A model generated the notes under the pieces. It made no database searches. It was not told where the DNA came from and saw nothing but the letters and a program-made list of their open reading frames with translations. The translations under genes were made by a program, and so were the position numbers. Positions 1-13,990 of a stretch of DNA of 64,000 nucleotides are shown here, piece by piece (the first letter of the stretch is position 1; the number at the start of each line of letters is the position of its first letter). Origin of the DNA: Sphaeroforma arctica JP610 (Eukaryota); NCBI RefSeq assembly GCF_001186125.1, contig NW_014040507.1, positions 120,774 to 184,773 on the forward strand, written 5' to 3'.

Positions 1-3
1 CAC

Positions 4-49
<46 letters not shown>

Positions 50-191
50 CATATATATATATACGCTGGCGGCCTGATTTATAGGAAAATATTCTGATGG
101 TGTTAACTACTACTTATGCCCATAGCTCATAAATTGTTATGCTTCTATCAAGGAGGGTCTTACTTTAAGTGTACAAGTGAAATACGAGTAC

Positions 192-299
192 CTTGACGTC
201 GCTATCGGCACCTCCAGTTGCCAGTCGGTCTCCATACTGATCCACACTTAGAACCGGCTCCTTCCCGTGCCACAAAATTTCCAATGTTTGGGCTTTCAT
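192..299 (-). CDS. CHAF1B: Chromatin assembly factor 1 subunit B (p60/CAC2, WD40), first coding exon; gene continues off the window start
   Basis: Not in the ORF track. The minus strand from ATG 299 reads MKAQTLEILWHGKEPVLSVDQYGDRLATGGADSDVK, followed by donor gtactc. This matches the MKxxTxEIxWHxKEPVxSxD...RLAxxGxDxxV N-terminus of CAF-1 p60. Confidence 0.85.
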
Positions 300-1314
300 A
301 TCTTCTGTTTACAATGACAAATTTGGAGCATAACCACTTGTGCGAGCTTGGTGTCTGATTTTGGCATGAAGAATCGGTTTATCGGTTGGTCGCACGCGAT
401 CTCAGCTAGAAAGCTAGGCTACAAACAACAACAAGCTATTTGTGCCAGGTAGCTGAAGGTATTTTTCTAGTCAACTAAAAAAATTCATTGTATTTCATAA
501 GTATCTTAAGTGTGTGACGTGCTTAGCAACACATGTAAGCGGTACGTGTGCACAAACACTACCTGAGTATGTATCTATCGTGTCACCCAACATAAATAAC
601 AATATTAACTTGTGAAAGCTTCTCTACTCGACACGTACATACAGGTCAGCCACAGGATTACGTTCTTGTATCCGATTGGCTTAAAAAGCGCGCGCATGCA
701 GCTTATACCGGAATGACCGCTGCGTTCTATTCCGAGTTTTGGCGGTCCTTTATTTCAGAAAAGTGAAGAACTATTCAGAAGAAATACCTCAGATTCACTG
801 ACAGATCTCAAGCCGAGATACGTGCAAATAGATCTTTATCAATAAACGACAACCAGAGAATATACAACAGCTATAGAAAAATGTCTTGTCGTAAACTGAG
901 GGGATGACTCATTCACTTCTTCAAAATTGTGTTTCCTCTCTCTCGCAAATCGCAAGTCGCAACTCTCGCTTTTCGTTTTTTGTGTGGTTGTCTGATGGAC
1001 TCTCGATGAGACGATGAGTGTATGAAGAAATTCTAATAATTTTAATATTTTTATTCATCATCATACACTGACGAGAGGCTGTGAGCCTCTGAGAAAGGAC
1101 GGCAGATTGCTGCCACATGATGACACCCCCTAAAAGACTCTACACTCGCTGTACGAAAATATCAAATATTGTGCATAGATACGACAATATTTAATTTATT
1201 TCTGACTCTCTGTACTGTGGATTTTACTTGCAGTTGCTTGACGTGGCAGTAATAGTTAAGTGCAACATCTATTACTAGTAGATTTAGGCAATCAAATTCG
1301 GACTGAGCTTCGAC
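300..1314. promoter_or_regulatory. Divergent promoter/5'UTR region between CHAF1B and UPF1
   Basis: About 1 kb separates two head-to-head start codons. No individual promoter elements identified. Confidence 0.45.
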
Positions 1315-1782
1315 ATGTCGGGTCTCACATTCGTCGACCCGGACGAGTACGGGGCGGACACTCAAGGCACACAGTACGGATACAACGACTTTACATTGCC
1401 GTCTCAAACCCAAACACAGACCCAAACACAGACGCAGACACAAGCGCAGACACAGACCCAGGCACAATACAACACGCAAACACAAAGTCAGACACAGAAC
1501 CAGTCCCAGTCGCAGTATGGTTCACAAACGCAGTCACAACTGACGCAAGATCAGCAGACTCAGCCGACACAGACTCTCAGTCAGGTATGTTGTTTGAACA
1601 AATTTATACTATGCTCTTGCTACAGTATCTAAATACCCTTGATACGGGATCTCATATATTTATAGACAATAGAGTATTGAATATTCAATTAAGGATCTTT
1701 CCTAGTCACAAACATGCGAAGGTGCACATATATACATACAAATTGTTACATATAATATAGTTATACAAAAACGTGGATATCA

Positions 1783-1831
<49 letters not shown>

Positions 1832-2989
1832 CATATACCTGCGTTTAGATAAAACCTTTCATATATATACATGTGTAACAAATGTATGTATGTTTTGAAA
1901 ATAGTTATTTANNNNNNNNNNNNNNNNNNNNNNNNNNNNNNNNNNNNNNNNNNNNNNNNNNNNNNNNNNNNNNNNNNNNNNNNNNNNNNNNNNNNNNNNN
2001 NNNNNNNNNNNNNNNNNNNNNNNNNNNNNNNNNNNNNNNNNNNNNNNNNNNNNNNNNNNNNNNNNNNNNNNNNNNNNNNNNNNNNNNNNNNNNNNNNNNN
2101 NNNNNNNNNNNNNNNNNNNNNNNNNNNNNNNNNNNNNNNNNNNNNNNNNNNNNNNNNNNNNNNNNNNNNNNNNNNNNNNNNNNNNNNNNNNNNNNNNNNN
2201 NNNNNNNNNNNNNNNNNNNNNNNNNNNNNNNNNNNNNNNNNNNNNNNNNNNNNNNNNNNNNNNNNNNNNNNNNNNNNNNNNNNNNNNNNNNNNNNNNNNN
2301 NNNNNNNNNNNNNNNNNNNNNNNNNNNNNNNNNNNNNNNNNNNNNNNNNNNNNNNNNNNNNNNNNNNNNNNNNNNNNNNNNNNNNNNNNNNNNNNNNNNN
2401 NNNNNNNNNNNNNNNNNNNNNNNNNNNNNNNNNNNNNNNNNNNNNNNNNNNNNNNNNNNNNNNNNNNNNNNNNNNNNNNNNNNNNNNNNNNNNNNNNNNN
2501 NNNNNNNNNNNNNNNNNNNNNNNNNNNNNNNNNNNNNNNNNNNNNNNNNNNNNNNNNNNNNNNNNNNNNNNNNNNNNNNNNNNNNNNNNNNNNNNNNNNN
2601 NNNNNNNNNNNNNNNNNNNNNNNNNNNNNNNNNNNNNNNNNNNNNNNNNNNNNNNNNNNNNNNNNNNNNNNNNNNNNNNNNNNNNNNNNNNNNNNNNNNN
2701 NNNNNNNNNNNNNNNNNNNNNNNNNNTGCATATGCGTGTTTCCCTGTATGTGGACATGAAGTATAAGTATAAATGCAAGTATGAAATATACCTAATAGGC
2801 GTAAACAATTATATGAATGGTACGAATTAAAGGCCGTCTATACCTATGCGTGTCTCCCTGTATGTGAACGTGAAATACAAGTATTTATATATATATATAT
2901 ATATAAATATATATTATATCACATATATATATATACATATAAATATACACACACATACACACACACATTATCTGTTGTTCGTCTTTACG

Positions 2990-3038
<49 letters not shown>

Positions 3039-6000
3039 CTGAGGACAAAAAAGAAGATTGAGTTTATATATATATACACACACACACGCACTCTCTCTCT
3101 CTCAAGATTCTCAATGACACGCAAACGTTTCCAGAACATTTATACTTTATTATTTGGATATTGTGATTACCAATAATTACATATTTACTAATGATCGAGG
3201 CGGAAGTCAAGTTGCGTTTTTTCCGGGTTCAGCATGTGCTGTTCGTTTTACTCAGCTCACGTGCTATGTGAGTGTCATCGACGAGAACTAATCGATTTTT
3301 TTCAAATTTCAATATATATTGCAAATACCACCGTCGGTCATATTTTTAGGATGGGGATGGTGTGGATGCGGTGAATGCAGCGCTGGATAAGTTGGCGTTT
3401 GAAGAGCTGGTAGACGAAGCCGATGAAGAGGTTAGTCTAGTTCGATATCAAGAGTTTTGGGCCTGGCTATATATAAGATCGGGCTTACCTACTTCCTGTT
3501 GGCGTTTATATCATTTTGTGTCCTATTATCCCTATCCCCTCCCCCCTCCCCCTGGTATATTCAAACATTAGCGGATGTTACTCTCCTGCATCCGATTGCA
3601 GACACTCCATCTATTTCGTTCTTTGTTTCTTTCCTTAGTGAGGAGGTTCATAGCTACTGCAAATGATCGCAGTATGCGAGATCGTTGAGAACATCTCAGA
3701 AGCCATCAATAACGTTTTTAAAACATTCATTGGGATGTGTAGGCGATTGCTTGCTGGCATTTTTTCAATAGGCACTAAGGACAACATGTCTGGAGTTTGA
3801 TTCTGAGCTTCTTTATTTTTTATGTTCATCTCGCGTCCAACGAAAATGTATTGCGATCAATATGAATGCGAGTCTTATAAAGGGATCCGACTTTATTTAC
3901 ACAGCTCGAGGAACAAATCAACTGGGCTGATCTACCCGAGGATGCATGCAAGTACTGTGGCATCCACAACCCACAGTCGGTGGTCAAGTGTGTAACCTGC
4001 AACAAATGGTTCTGCAACTCACGCGGGACCACCAGTGCCTCGCATATCATCAATCACTTGGTGCGCGCTAAGCACAAAGAGCTGCAGGTACCTGTGTAAC
4101 AACCACGGTGTGCATGTACGCAGGTTTTTATAATAGTGCATATAACGAGTGTGCAAGTGTTTGCGTCGAAGCTGTTGTTGCTTCTCGTGTGTGCATACGA
4201 TGTAAGCAGGTTCCACTTACAGACATAGATATTACGACATACTACATGCAAAGTTGTTGTAACTTGCCACGCATGCAAAGTAGGTTGAGTATCTGAATTG
4301 CATCGAAATTCCATGTGCACGTAAGTGTGGATTTGTAGGAGCACGTGTTCGCATCAAGAACTTGCGCTTCATCAGACCTATTCTGGCCACGATTGCCTAA
4401 ATCGTATTCGTCCACCATTCACACACTGGTAGCCATTAATGGACACAATGTTCGTCTCTGCTTTACACAGAGCTGCGTATTACCCAGCTAACAACTAAGA
4501 TTAGTGTATACTCTAACTATATGAACTCACACCCTAACACCGCGTACGGCATTCGAACAATCATAGCTGCATCACGAGGGTCCCTTGGGGGATACCATCC
4601 TGGAGTGCTACAACTGCGGGTGCCGCAACCTGTTTCTGCTGGGGTTCATCCCTGCCAAGAGTGACTCGGTGGTTGTGTTGTTATGCAGACAGCCATGCTC
4701 GTCCCAAAGCAACATGAAGGACGCCAACTGGGATGTCAACCAGTGGCAGCCGCTGATTGACGACCGCACCCTGTTGCCCTGGCTGGTCAAGGTGTGTGCT
4801 GTTTGGCTTTATATGTCAGCTGTGTGCTGTTTGGTGATAATGTCATTTATTTCGGGGTATGTTATAGTCCAAGTCAGTGTCTAATACCTGGCAACAGCCG
4901 TGCTCGTCTGGAGCTGTAGGAGGACATTAACCAGTTTGTCATCTATAGCAGCTCTACCTTGGTTGGTAGAGGTGAACTCTATTTAGTGCCGATTTCTCGC
5001 AATCTAGCGTTATGGTGCAGATTTGATCCAAATGGTAGGGGCACCTTTTGGCCATGTACAAAGGTCAAACCTTCCAGTAGCGATTAATGAGTAGAGATAC
5101 AAATCAGTATGCTGTTTTGAAAGTTTACTGCATGTGCATAGCATTAAACACAAAAAACCCTTTCTTTTCGCTTTCGGAAGGTACCGACGGAAGCTGAGCA
5201 AGCACGTGCGCGTCAAATCTCGTCGAACGTCATCATGAAGCTGGAAGAGATGTGGCGTGACAGACCCACTGCTACACTGGAGGACTTGGAAACACTGGAG
5301 AGTGGCGGCGATGGGGACGAGCCCAATGCCGTACTTATCCGGTACGATGATGCGTACCAGTATCAGAACACCTTTGGCCCATTGGTGAAGCTGGAGAGCG
5401 ACTATGACAAGAAGGCCAAGGAACAGCTCACGCAGAGAGGTAGGCAGATTTTTGTTCATGTATATATATGTACATCTGTCCATGTCTGATAGAATCTGCG
5501 GGACCTTCGTAGTGCTATTTCTTTCCGGTTATTCGAGCATAGACTTATTTGCTCATTTATCTAGTTTATTATACGTGAGTGGTCTGAAGTTTTTCCTATC
5601 TGTCTACATGACCACTGGTTATCACACAATTTTGATGCTTCTTATTTGAAAATTGTCACGAGCAACCATGTGAGATTTAGTTTTGTCCCCGCTCAGTGAA
5701 GCAATGTAGTAACCTTACTGCTAAACACTCAGGTATCGTCGTACGTTGGGACACGGGGTTGAACAAGAAAATGATTGCCAACTTCCATCTGACCTCGAGA
5801 GATGATTTGCGACTGATGAAAGGAGATGAAATCATTCTCAGGTAATTTGTATGAATCGGATGAGATCTGCTACTTTTGATATGGTCACCCATATCAGGGG
5901 TACATTTTAGATGCGTTTCCCTCTTGGAATATTAAAATATCATATCGTGTAATTATAAACATAAACATATGTAAGTTATAGTTTACATTACAATGTGCGC

Positions 6001-9000
6001 TTTTAAATGCTATTTGAAATTGGTTGACCACAGTTATATTACAACAAACGTACATGTAATATATCCACACACCTACACACAATCACTTAAATACAGGTAC
6101 GAAGGAGAACTGCGTGGGCTATGGGAGGGTGTTGGATATATCATCCGTACCCCCAACCAAGGTGTTGACGATGAAATCGCTGTAGAATTGCGCTCATCTG
6201 CACACGTGCCTACGGAATGCACACACAACTTCGTAGTGGACTTTGTCTGGAAAGCCACGTCCTTCGACCGCATGCAAAATGCGCTGAAGACCTTTGCGGT
6301 TGACGAGACGTCTGTCAGCGGATACATCTACCATCAGCTGCTGGGCCATGATGTGGAGCCGCAGACTATCAAGTGCACTCTTCCGAAGCGCTTCTCTGTG
6401 CCCGGTCTCCCAGAGCTAAATCACTCGCAGGTCAGTTTATGACTTTGGATTTACCCATAGCTGTGCATAGTTTGCTTGTTTATCACTCGCAGGGGTGTAT
6501 AGTTCTTTTGTGGTTGAGCACTCGGGCTGTGTATATTCTATTCATTTAGTGCTCGCAGTTATGTGCCGTTTCTTTGTCTAGCACCCGCAGTTGCGTCTGG
6601 TGTCGCTGTGAACCACTCGCCGCTGTGTGCATTGTTTTTAGCGGCACAGCCGTGTCTATCTCGACGTCTATGGAATGTGCTCCTCGTTGTCGCATAGGTG
6701 TATTCATTTGGTATTGTGCCACAGTTGTGCGTGCTTGTGCGTGCATCTATCGCACCCTTAAGTGTAGGTGTTGTATTTTTGGCGCAGTTGCATTGCAGAT
6801 ACAACCCGTGTGGTTGGTGTGCTCTCACCACTGCAACTGTCGTATATTTCTACAGGTGTCGGCCGTGAAGTCTGTGCTACAGCGTCCCCTGTCGTTGATC
6901 CAAGGACCACCGGGTACTGGCAAGACGGTGACCTCAGCGACTATCGTCTACCACTTGGCTCAGCAATCGCACACCCAGGTGTTGGTGTGTGCACCAAGGT
7001 ATGCAGTGTTAAATCAGAGCATTCTTCTGAAGGTCCTTAGCGGAATATCTAAGTGCTGTTGATTCACATGTGCCTCGTACTCATTTATGGTTTTGATGGT
7101 TGCATTGCTTTAGGGCGCACTTAGAACGAACGAGTCTTTTGCTTTGAGACCGACTTTAACCTTCTACAATCTCAAACGTTCGCTAAAATTTGCTGAAATT
7201 ACAATATCCTCCGCCACAGTAACATTGCTGTGGACCAGTTAACCGAAAAAATCCACAAGACGGGTCTCAAAGTGGTGCGTTTGATGGCCAAGAGTCGTGA
7301 AGCCATCGACTCGAGTGTCAGCTTCTTAGCACTGCACAAGCAAGTGCTGGGCAATTCCAACTATCCCGAACTGCAGAAGCTCTCGCTACTTAAGGACGAG
7401 ATGGGCGAACTGTCTCAGTCCGATGAGAAGAGGTATGGCTTTGCAATTCCAAAGGCAGCCTAGCAAGTGTGCGGAACAACTGGCAGTTTTGTGGCGTGAA
7501 TACATCGGGTGATGTTTTGTACGTGCTCATAACTTTAACGTTTATGTTTTTATTATTACTTCTATGCCCTGTGTGGTCAAGTGTATCTAGACATACGCTA
7601 AACTCGATTATTTCAAGTGCCAACTCTCCAGACGCGGAGTTGTATAAAGCTAGATCGAGTGGTATTGTAGCAATTTTGCCGATGTTGTAGTATTTGAATA
7701 CGCAAAGCACATTGTTACGTACATGTGTCGCAGCTACACACGAGCTCATTTTTCTTCTTCTCGCTAACTTCCGCTCGGCTGCTGTTCACAGATTCCGGTC
7801 GTTACTATGGGCCTGTGAGAAGGAGCTGCTTAACAACGCCGATGTCATCTGCACCACGTGTACGGGTGCGGGCGATGCGCGACTGTCCAAACTGAAGTTT
7901 CGTTGTGTGTTGATTGATGAGTCCACTCAGTCCACTGAGCCTGAGTGTCTCATTCCGCTAGTACTGGTAAGTGTCTAGTACTGGTAAGTGTCTAGTACTG
8001 GTGGGTGTATTTCCTGCATACCCTACCGTTCAGAATCGCGTGCTTTTTTACTGTGATGGTCGCACGATGCGATAACTGTAGTTAGCTTGATGGTTCCATT
8101 TGGTGATGGTGTCATCATGCAGTCATCCGATTTTAGGGGTTCTCTTGTAACCTCAGAGTTTTGTTCTGTCTAGAAATTATATACAATTCCTCACTCCCAC
8201 GTCTGTCGGTCCGTCACCCTCACAGTGCTGTGGCTGTGTGCAGCAACAGACAACAACGGAAAACTAGCGATAGTATTACAAAAGCAATACTACTCGGCTA
8301 CCCCATTACTACCTCTCTATATCAAAGTCAGTATTACGTATATCATTCTGTCGCACGTCTGGCTAATGATAGAATATTATGCCAACACTTCACCTCTTTT
8401 TCTGTCAAATTTCATACTACTGAGAAAATGGCGATATATTACCGCTCCCTCTGCTATTCTGTCACAAGGCATTTTACCGTTTATGATATAACTTTATGTT
8501 TATGTTTGACACATGGCTTCCTACTAATAGGGCACTCGTCAAGTTGTGCTAGTGGGAGATCACTGCCAGCTGGGTCCAGTGGTGATGTGCAAGCGGGCGG
8601 CAGGGGCTGGTCTGTCGCAGTCTCTGTTTGAGCGATTGATTATTTTGGGAATGCGGCCGAATCGTTTGCAGGTACGTATTGCTGTACTTCACTCAGAGTC
8701 TTCATCAATTGCAATGAGACGCCTCAACTATTATGATATATGTGATGTACGGTCAATTTTTTGCACTGAATCTGTTTTTCTGTCAGATATATGCTTCTGA
8801 CAGATTCATTTTACGGTTGTATTCCATCTATAGAATTCGGGTTCTATACTGCTTAGTCCGGAATTATATGTATCTGCCATCAATCAACATTTGTATGCGT
8901 ATCCACAATTCACAACTGTCGAAGTGGAATCTCCGGTTACAGTTTCGGGTTATATTGTGCACGGATTTTTACAGTACGGCAGAAACTGAACCCTCACTTT

Positions 9001-12000
9001 AGCAAATTGTGATTTATAGGTCACATAACTGCGCTAGCGCCGTCTATGAATACTAGAGCGTGCACGATCGCTTGTTTCAAATCCTTAAAGCCAACAAATA
9101 GATGTCCATTTGTTGCCCAAAACTCACTTGAGCTGTCTTTCACATACAGGTGCAATACCGTATGCACCCGTGCTTGTCGTATTTCTCGTCCAACATGTTC
9201 TACGAAGGGTCGCTGCAGGATGGTGTCACGTCCACGGAACGAGAGACTGAGTAAGTGTGCAAGAGTCCGAGTATATGATTCGTATTCAGTGCTTGTCCAT
9301 CCGATGGCCTCATGATCGGCGTGTGGGGAGAGGTCATGTTCATAGCTGGAACATTTTATGTAACTACACTTGGGCGATCTCTAGTGGATTTGACGGCTTC
9401 ATATCGTGTTTCAGCTCATCTGTTACATTGTGCCACATGTGTATCTGCTATTGCGCGTCCTTCTAATGGACTGCAGTATGTGCAACACCGGTGCATGATT
9501 ACATGCATTCTTGTTTTGCTTTGATCTGTATGTGCATTCTGGTGTGCGTGTCCATTCAATATGCAAGTTGAATTATCTTTAGGAAATTGGGTTTGTAATT
9601 AGTGGCTATTGTGGTACGTCAATAAGTAATTATATCTCTGCGAGCTTATGATGCACCTATAGATTGTTTTAAACTTAAAGTGCCGATATCTCAACCCGCA
9701 GCTACGACTTCCCATGGCCCGATCCTCGGAAGCCTATGTTCTTCTGGTACACCATTGGTCAAGAGGAAATCTCTACTTCGGGCACTTCGTATCTCAATCG
9801 CACCGAAGCCACTCGAGTGGAAAAGTAAGTCTACCTTTGACGAGCAAAATGCTTGTGTATACACTGCCGGTGGTTGTTGCAGTAGATGTGTGAGATCGGG
9901 CGGTACATCGTGTATAAAAAACCAGCTAGTTGCTGCTGTGGTGTATTGCTAGGTGTATGCTCATTTGGGCTGTGATGTAACCGCCGTGGATCGTAAATAC
10001 CTAAATGGCCACAAGGACTACTCATTTGAGATGGGGCTATTCTAGGCACAACACACGGCAGTCATACACGAAAATTATGGTGTCTGTGTCGTGTGTCTGA
10101 GGTGTTTACTCCATATTTCTCAATATGTCTTCTCGTTTGCGCACGTGTCTGGCGCTGCGAGTATATTGTCGCTCAGCTGGTTTTTCAATTATGTTGTTCA
10201 ATCCTGTATTGGAGTGATACAGAAGTGTTCTGCTGAACCTCATCTATCTTATGCACAGAAGAAGCACCGTACACTGTGAGCATTGCAATACCAAATCCTA
10301 GCTATGTAAACAAATCCTAACAACGTAAAAAAAATCATAGCCATATAAACCCGGATACCATGAAACAGCAAGCTGACACCCCGATTATGATGTCTCCCAA
10401 TGATTATCGCACACTTTAGATGTGTAACGCAGATGTTGAAGAGTGGCATTCTTCCTGAGCAGATCGGTGTCATCACTCCGTACGAAGGGCAGCGCAGCTA
10501 CTTGACTCAGTTCATGGCCTACAACGGTCCCATGCGCTCAAAGCTGTACGAGGTATGTGTTTTATCACATCATAAGTATATGCATACATGGTGCATTAAC
10601 CGCAGTTAGTCATATGTATTCATGTTTGGCCTCAGTGTAAGATGCTATATTGAAATTACCCTGAATTTAGACAATTGATTACTTAGAGCCCGCAGCTTGA
10701 TACAGTTTGATTTGCGAGCGCAACAACTTATTCGCTAACTAAATCATGTACTTATCCATACCGTCCCACGGTTCCACTTGCATTTTAATTGAGATCTTTG
10801 ACACCCTTGATTGGCACCGTTGACACTACCGATTGACACGTGTGATGGTTCCTTTGACACTTCAGGAGGTTGAAGTAGCCAGTGTCGATGCCTTCCAGGG
10901 TCGCGAGAAGGACTTCATCATTTTGTCGTGTGTGCGTTCCAATGAGAAGATGGGCATCGGATTCTTGAACGATCCGCGTCGCCTCAATGTGGCGCTGACC
11001 AGAGCCAAGTCAGGTGTTATCGTCATAGGAAACCCCAAGGTGCTACACAAGCAGGTAGGAAAGCCCGCACATGCAACATTATAAGGCCAAACGGACATCA
11101 GTATACATCTCACATGCAACATTATAAGGCCAAACGGACATCAGTATACATCTCACATGCAGTGCTAGCAAGCACGCACACACAAGCATACACCACGCAT
11201 GCTGCACTAGAAAGCATGCACACACAAGCGTACATACACCACACCCAATTGTGTCGGTGGTTGCTAGACACACTCACCCAATCACACCAAAAGCAACTTT
11301 AGACACCGGCCTACCGTTGAACCATAACGTTCAAGCTTCACGGTTCAGGAATTTGCGAGTGGTTTGTGTGCTTGTGGCTGTTCCCGTGGTGTGGCACTTG
11401 TCGATGTGAATACAACAAGACAGACGTCTATGTAGCCACTAAAACCTACACTCCATCACCTGCACGTGCATACAGGTGGGCTATACTGTCACAAAATATA
11501 TGCACACGCAAAAAAGGTCCTATGTGAACGTGTTTGTATACCAATCTGCCCACCTCTATAGGTATATATATCGGAATACAAAGTATTCAACTCCACGTTT
11601 CATTCATACCGGCGCTGTCTTTCTCATATAGGCCCTGTGGAATGCTCTGCTTGTGATGTACAAGGAGAGCAACCTGCTGGTAGAAGGGCCCCTCAGTAAC
11701 TTGAAAGCCAGCAGTATGATGATTGCTGCACCGCGTGTGCCGCGCCAAAAGGTATGCTGAGGTTAGGTCGCTACCAAGTGTATCCGGAGCGTGCGATATA
11801 TGGTTGTATACGAAGTAGCGCGGAATATTTGGGTGCACGGGCATTTCGTGGGTTTATTTGTTCCGTTTATTCGTCAGCACCTGTCATTGATGTGACAATG
11901 GTTTCATCATTTGTCGTATGATTTGATACTGGTTGGACCACTTGTTGTATGATGTGACTAAGGTTTCACCATTTGTCGTATGATTTGATAATGGTTGGAC

Positions 12001-13990
12001 CTCTTGTTGTATGATGTGACAATGGTTTCACCATTTGTCGTATGATTTGATAATGGTTGGACCACTTGTTGTATGATCTGACAATGGTTACAGAGTTAGT
12101 TTGTGACCACTCGACTGCTTGATCGCTCATGCAAGTTACTGACTTCTGCCATCTGCACTTCTTGCGCACTGCAGCAATCGAGCTACGCGTACGTGGACCA
12201 ACAGCGCTACGGCAACGACCAGTACAACGCCAATGCAAACATGGGCCATCAGCAGTACAGCAACGGCCAGGCCTACATGCAGCACCAGCAGCAACAGCAC
12301 CAGCACCAGCAGCAACAGCACCACCATCAGCAACAACAACAACAGCAGCAGCAACACTCGCAGCAAATGCACCAGCACCAGCACCAGCCCCAGCAGATGA
12401 GCCAGGGCTACGGTGTCCACCATCCTGGTATGTCCACGTGTTCTATGCAGCTGACATTTTTTGTGAGAATAATAGTACCGCCAAACCTCATGACGTCGTG
12501 TGAAGTAGTGCTATAGATGCGGCATATGCAATCATGTTTATGCATTATGCGGCTGCATTCGTATTGGTGGTTATTCACACAGACAGTCTTCCTTTACACT
12601 GTCGATGCGGGCTAAATTGCACTACACCACCAACCACCCTAAAACCCTAAAGTCCTGAAACCCTAAACTCTGAGACCCTAAACTCTGAAACCCAGGTCTT
12701 AGCATGCAGCCGGTAGAGTACTTCAACACGCGCGATCCGCTAGGGTTCATCAACCCTGAGGCGGTGTACCATCCGTCACTAGTGCATGCGCCTGTGCCTG
12801 TGGGCTACTTGGCTCCGCTGTCGCAGCACAACTTCTACAGTCAGCAGCAGACCACCTCACAGAATACCCCACACACCAACGCACACACCAACAACCACGC
12901 ACAGCACATGGGAGGAGGCCACCAGCACCAGCGCAACGCGTATGTGGCGGTGTTTGCCTTTTACCGCAATTGCGTGTATTGGTGGGGTTTTGTGCACGTT
13001 CATGCGAGTGTGTATTATTTTCGAGATTTTCCATGGTGTACCTATGATTGGGTCGGTATACCTTATGTTGAGTTGGTGGCAGTATTGCTTCTCTGTCGAC
13101 TTATTCATATATTCGTATACTATACATGCTTTTCTGGGTCAGTGCCGTAGCTACGAGAATTGATCGTATTTCTGCACTGCTGTACTCGCATGCAACATTC
13201 TCATTTATAGTAGTATGATCGACCGCATACGCGCTAGTCTACGTGTAAACAAACACTGTGTATGCGTGCTCTGATACATGCAAATGCGCTTTCCTGATTC
13301 TCTTCGAAGTCCCTCTCAGTAAACATCACATCGAGCTATCCATAGTTTAGCACGTTCGTTGAGCTTATCTCGAGACTGATATTGAGCTAAACTCCATCTT
13401 GTTTGACAATCTGATCGCACTCCCTTACAGTGGTAACAACGCCATGCTGAAAGAGCAAGTGGTGGGCGACAACATCCAGAGCATTGAGCTTACACAGGGC
13501 TTTGCCGACAGTCAGGTGAGAGTGGATGTCATTGCAGCGAGTTGTATTATGTTATTGCTGGTAGTTGAATTTGTGTTTGCACTGGTGAGCTGTGGGCAAT
13601 GGCGATCGAGTGCCGCAACGTGGGAGTCAAAGTTAAGCCGTGGCATGTGTCGTCGTGCTACATTCCGTGTTACATTTCTTTTCAATGTGTACTACTCTGC
13701 TCGAGTGTGTAAGTTGAGTGTGTATGTGCACTGATGTTTCTTCAGCCTATGCATGTATGCTTATAAATTTTTCAAGCTTCGCCCGCTTTTTAGAGAGCGG
13801 AGGCACAAGTTGATGCCATACGAATGATGTACACGCACTAGCAGTTTGGCGAGTTGTCAGGTGCGGGGTTGTTTTTGTGCTAAGTAGCGTCTGCTCATGT
13901 TTATTTACCTTCTTGCGACTGTCACAGTTTGATGGTGCCGAGCCTTTGTCTCAAGAGGAAATGGACGGCTACCATACGCAGACCTACTAG
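1315..13990 (+). CDS. UPF1: UPF1/RENT1 NMD RNA helicase, 20 exons: 1315-1584, 3350-3430, 3905-4087, 4567-4791, 5181-5439, 5733-5841, 6097-6430, 6856-6998, 7220-7432, 7792-7966, 8531-8671, 9150-9250, 9702-9824, 10420-10552, 10866-11054, 11632-11751, 12175-12427, 12696-12939, 13431-13515, 13928-13990
   Basis: GT-AG exons join in frame. Motifs: N-terminal DTQG..DFTLPSQ, CH domain ([44 protein letters not shown]), [53 protein letters not shown], and a C-terminal SQ/TQ tail. The last few exons are less certain, and intron 1 contains an assembly gap. Confidence 0.97.
1912..2726. other. Assembly gap (N run) in UPF1 intron 1, flanked by (TA)n/(CA)n microsatellites
   Basis: 815 consecutive N. Confidence 0.99.
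7958..8008 (+). repeat. 17-bp tandem repeat x3 spanning the UPF1 exon 10 splice donor
   Basis: ctagtactggtaagtgt x2, then ctagtactggtgggtgt. Confidence 0.9.
11068..11161 (+). repeat. 43-bp tandem duplication in a UPF1 intron
   Basis: cacatgcaacattataaggccaaacggacatcagtatacatct x2 plus a partial third copy. Confidence 0.9.
11888..12089 (+). repeat. ~61-bp minisatellite x3.3 in a UPF1 intron
   Basis: Unit about tgatgtgacaatggtttcaccatttgtcgtatgatttgataatggttggaccacttgttgta. Confidence 0.88.

Noticed and set aside
1859..2830. Long ORFs of X residues
   Set aside because: Artefacts of the N gap.
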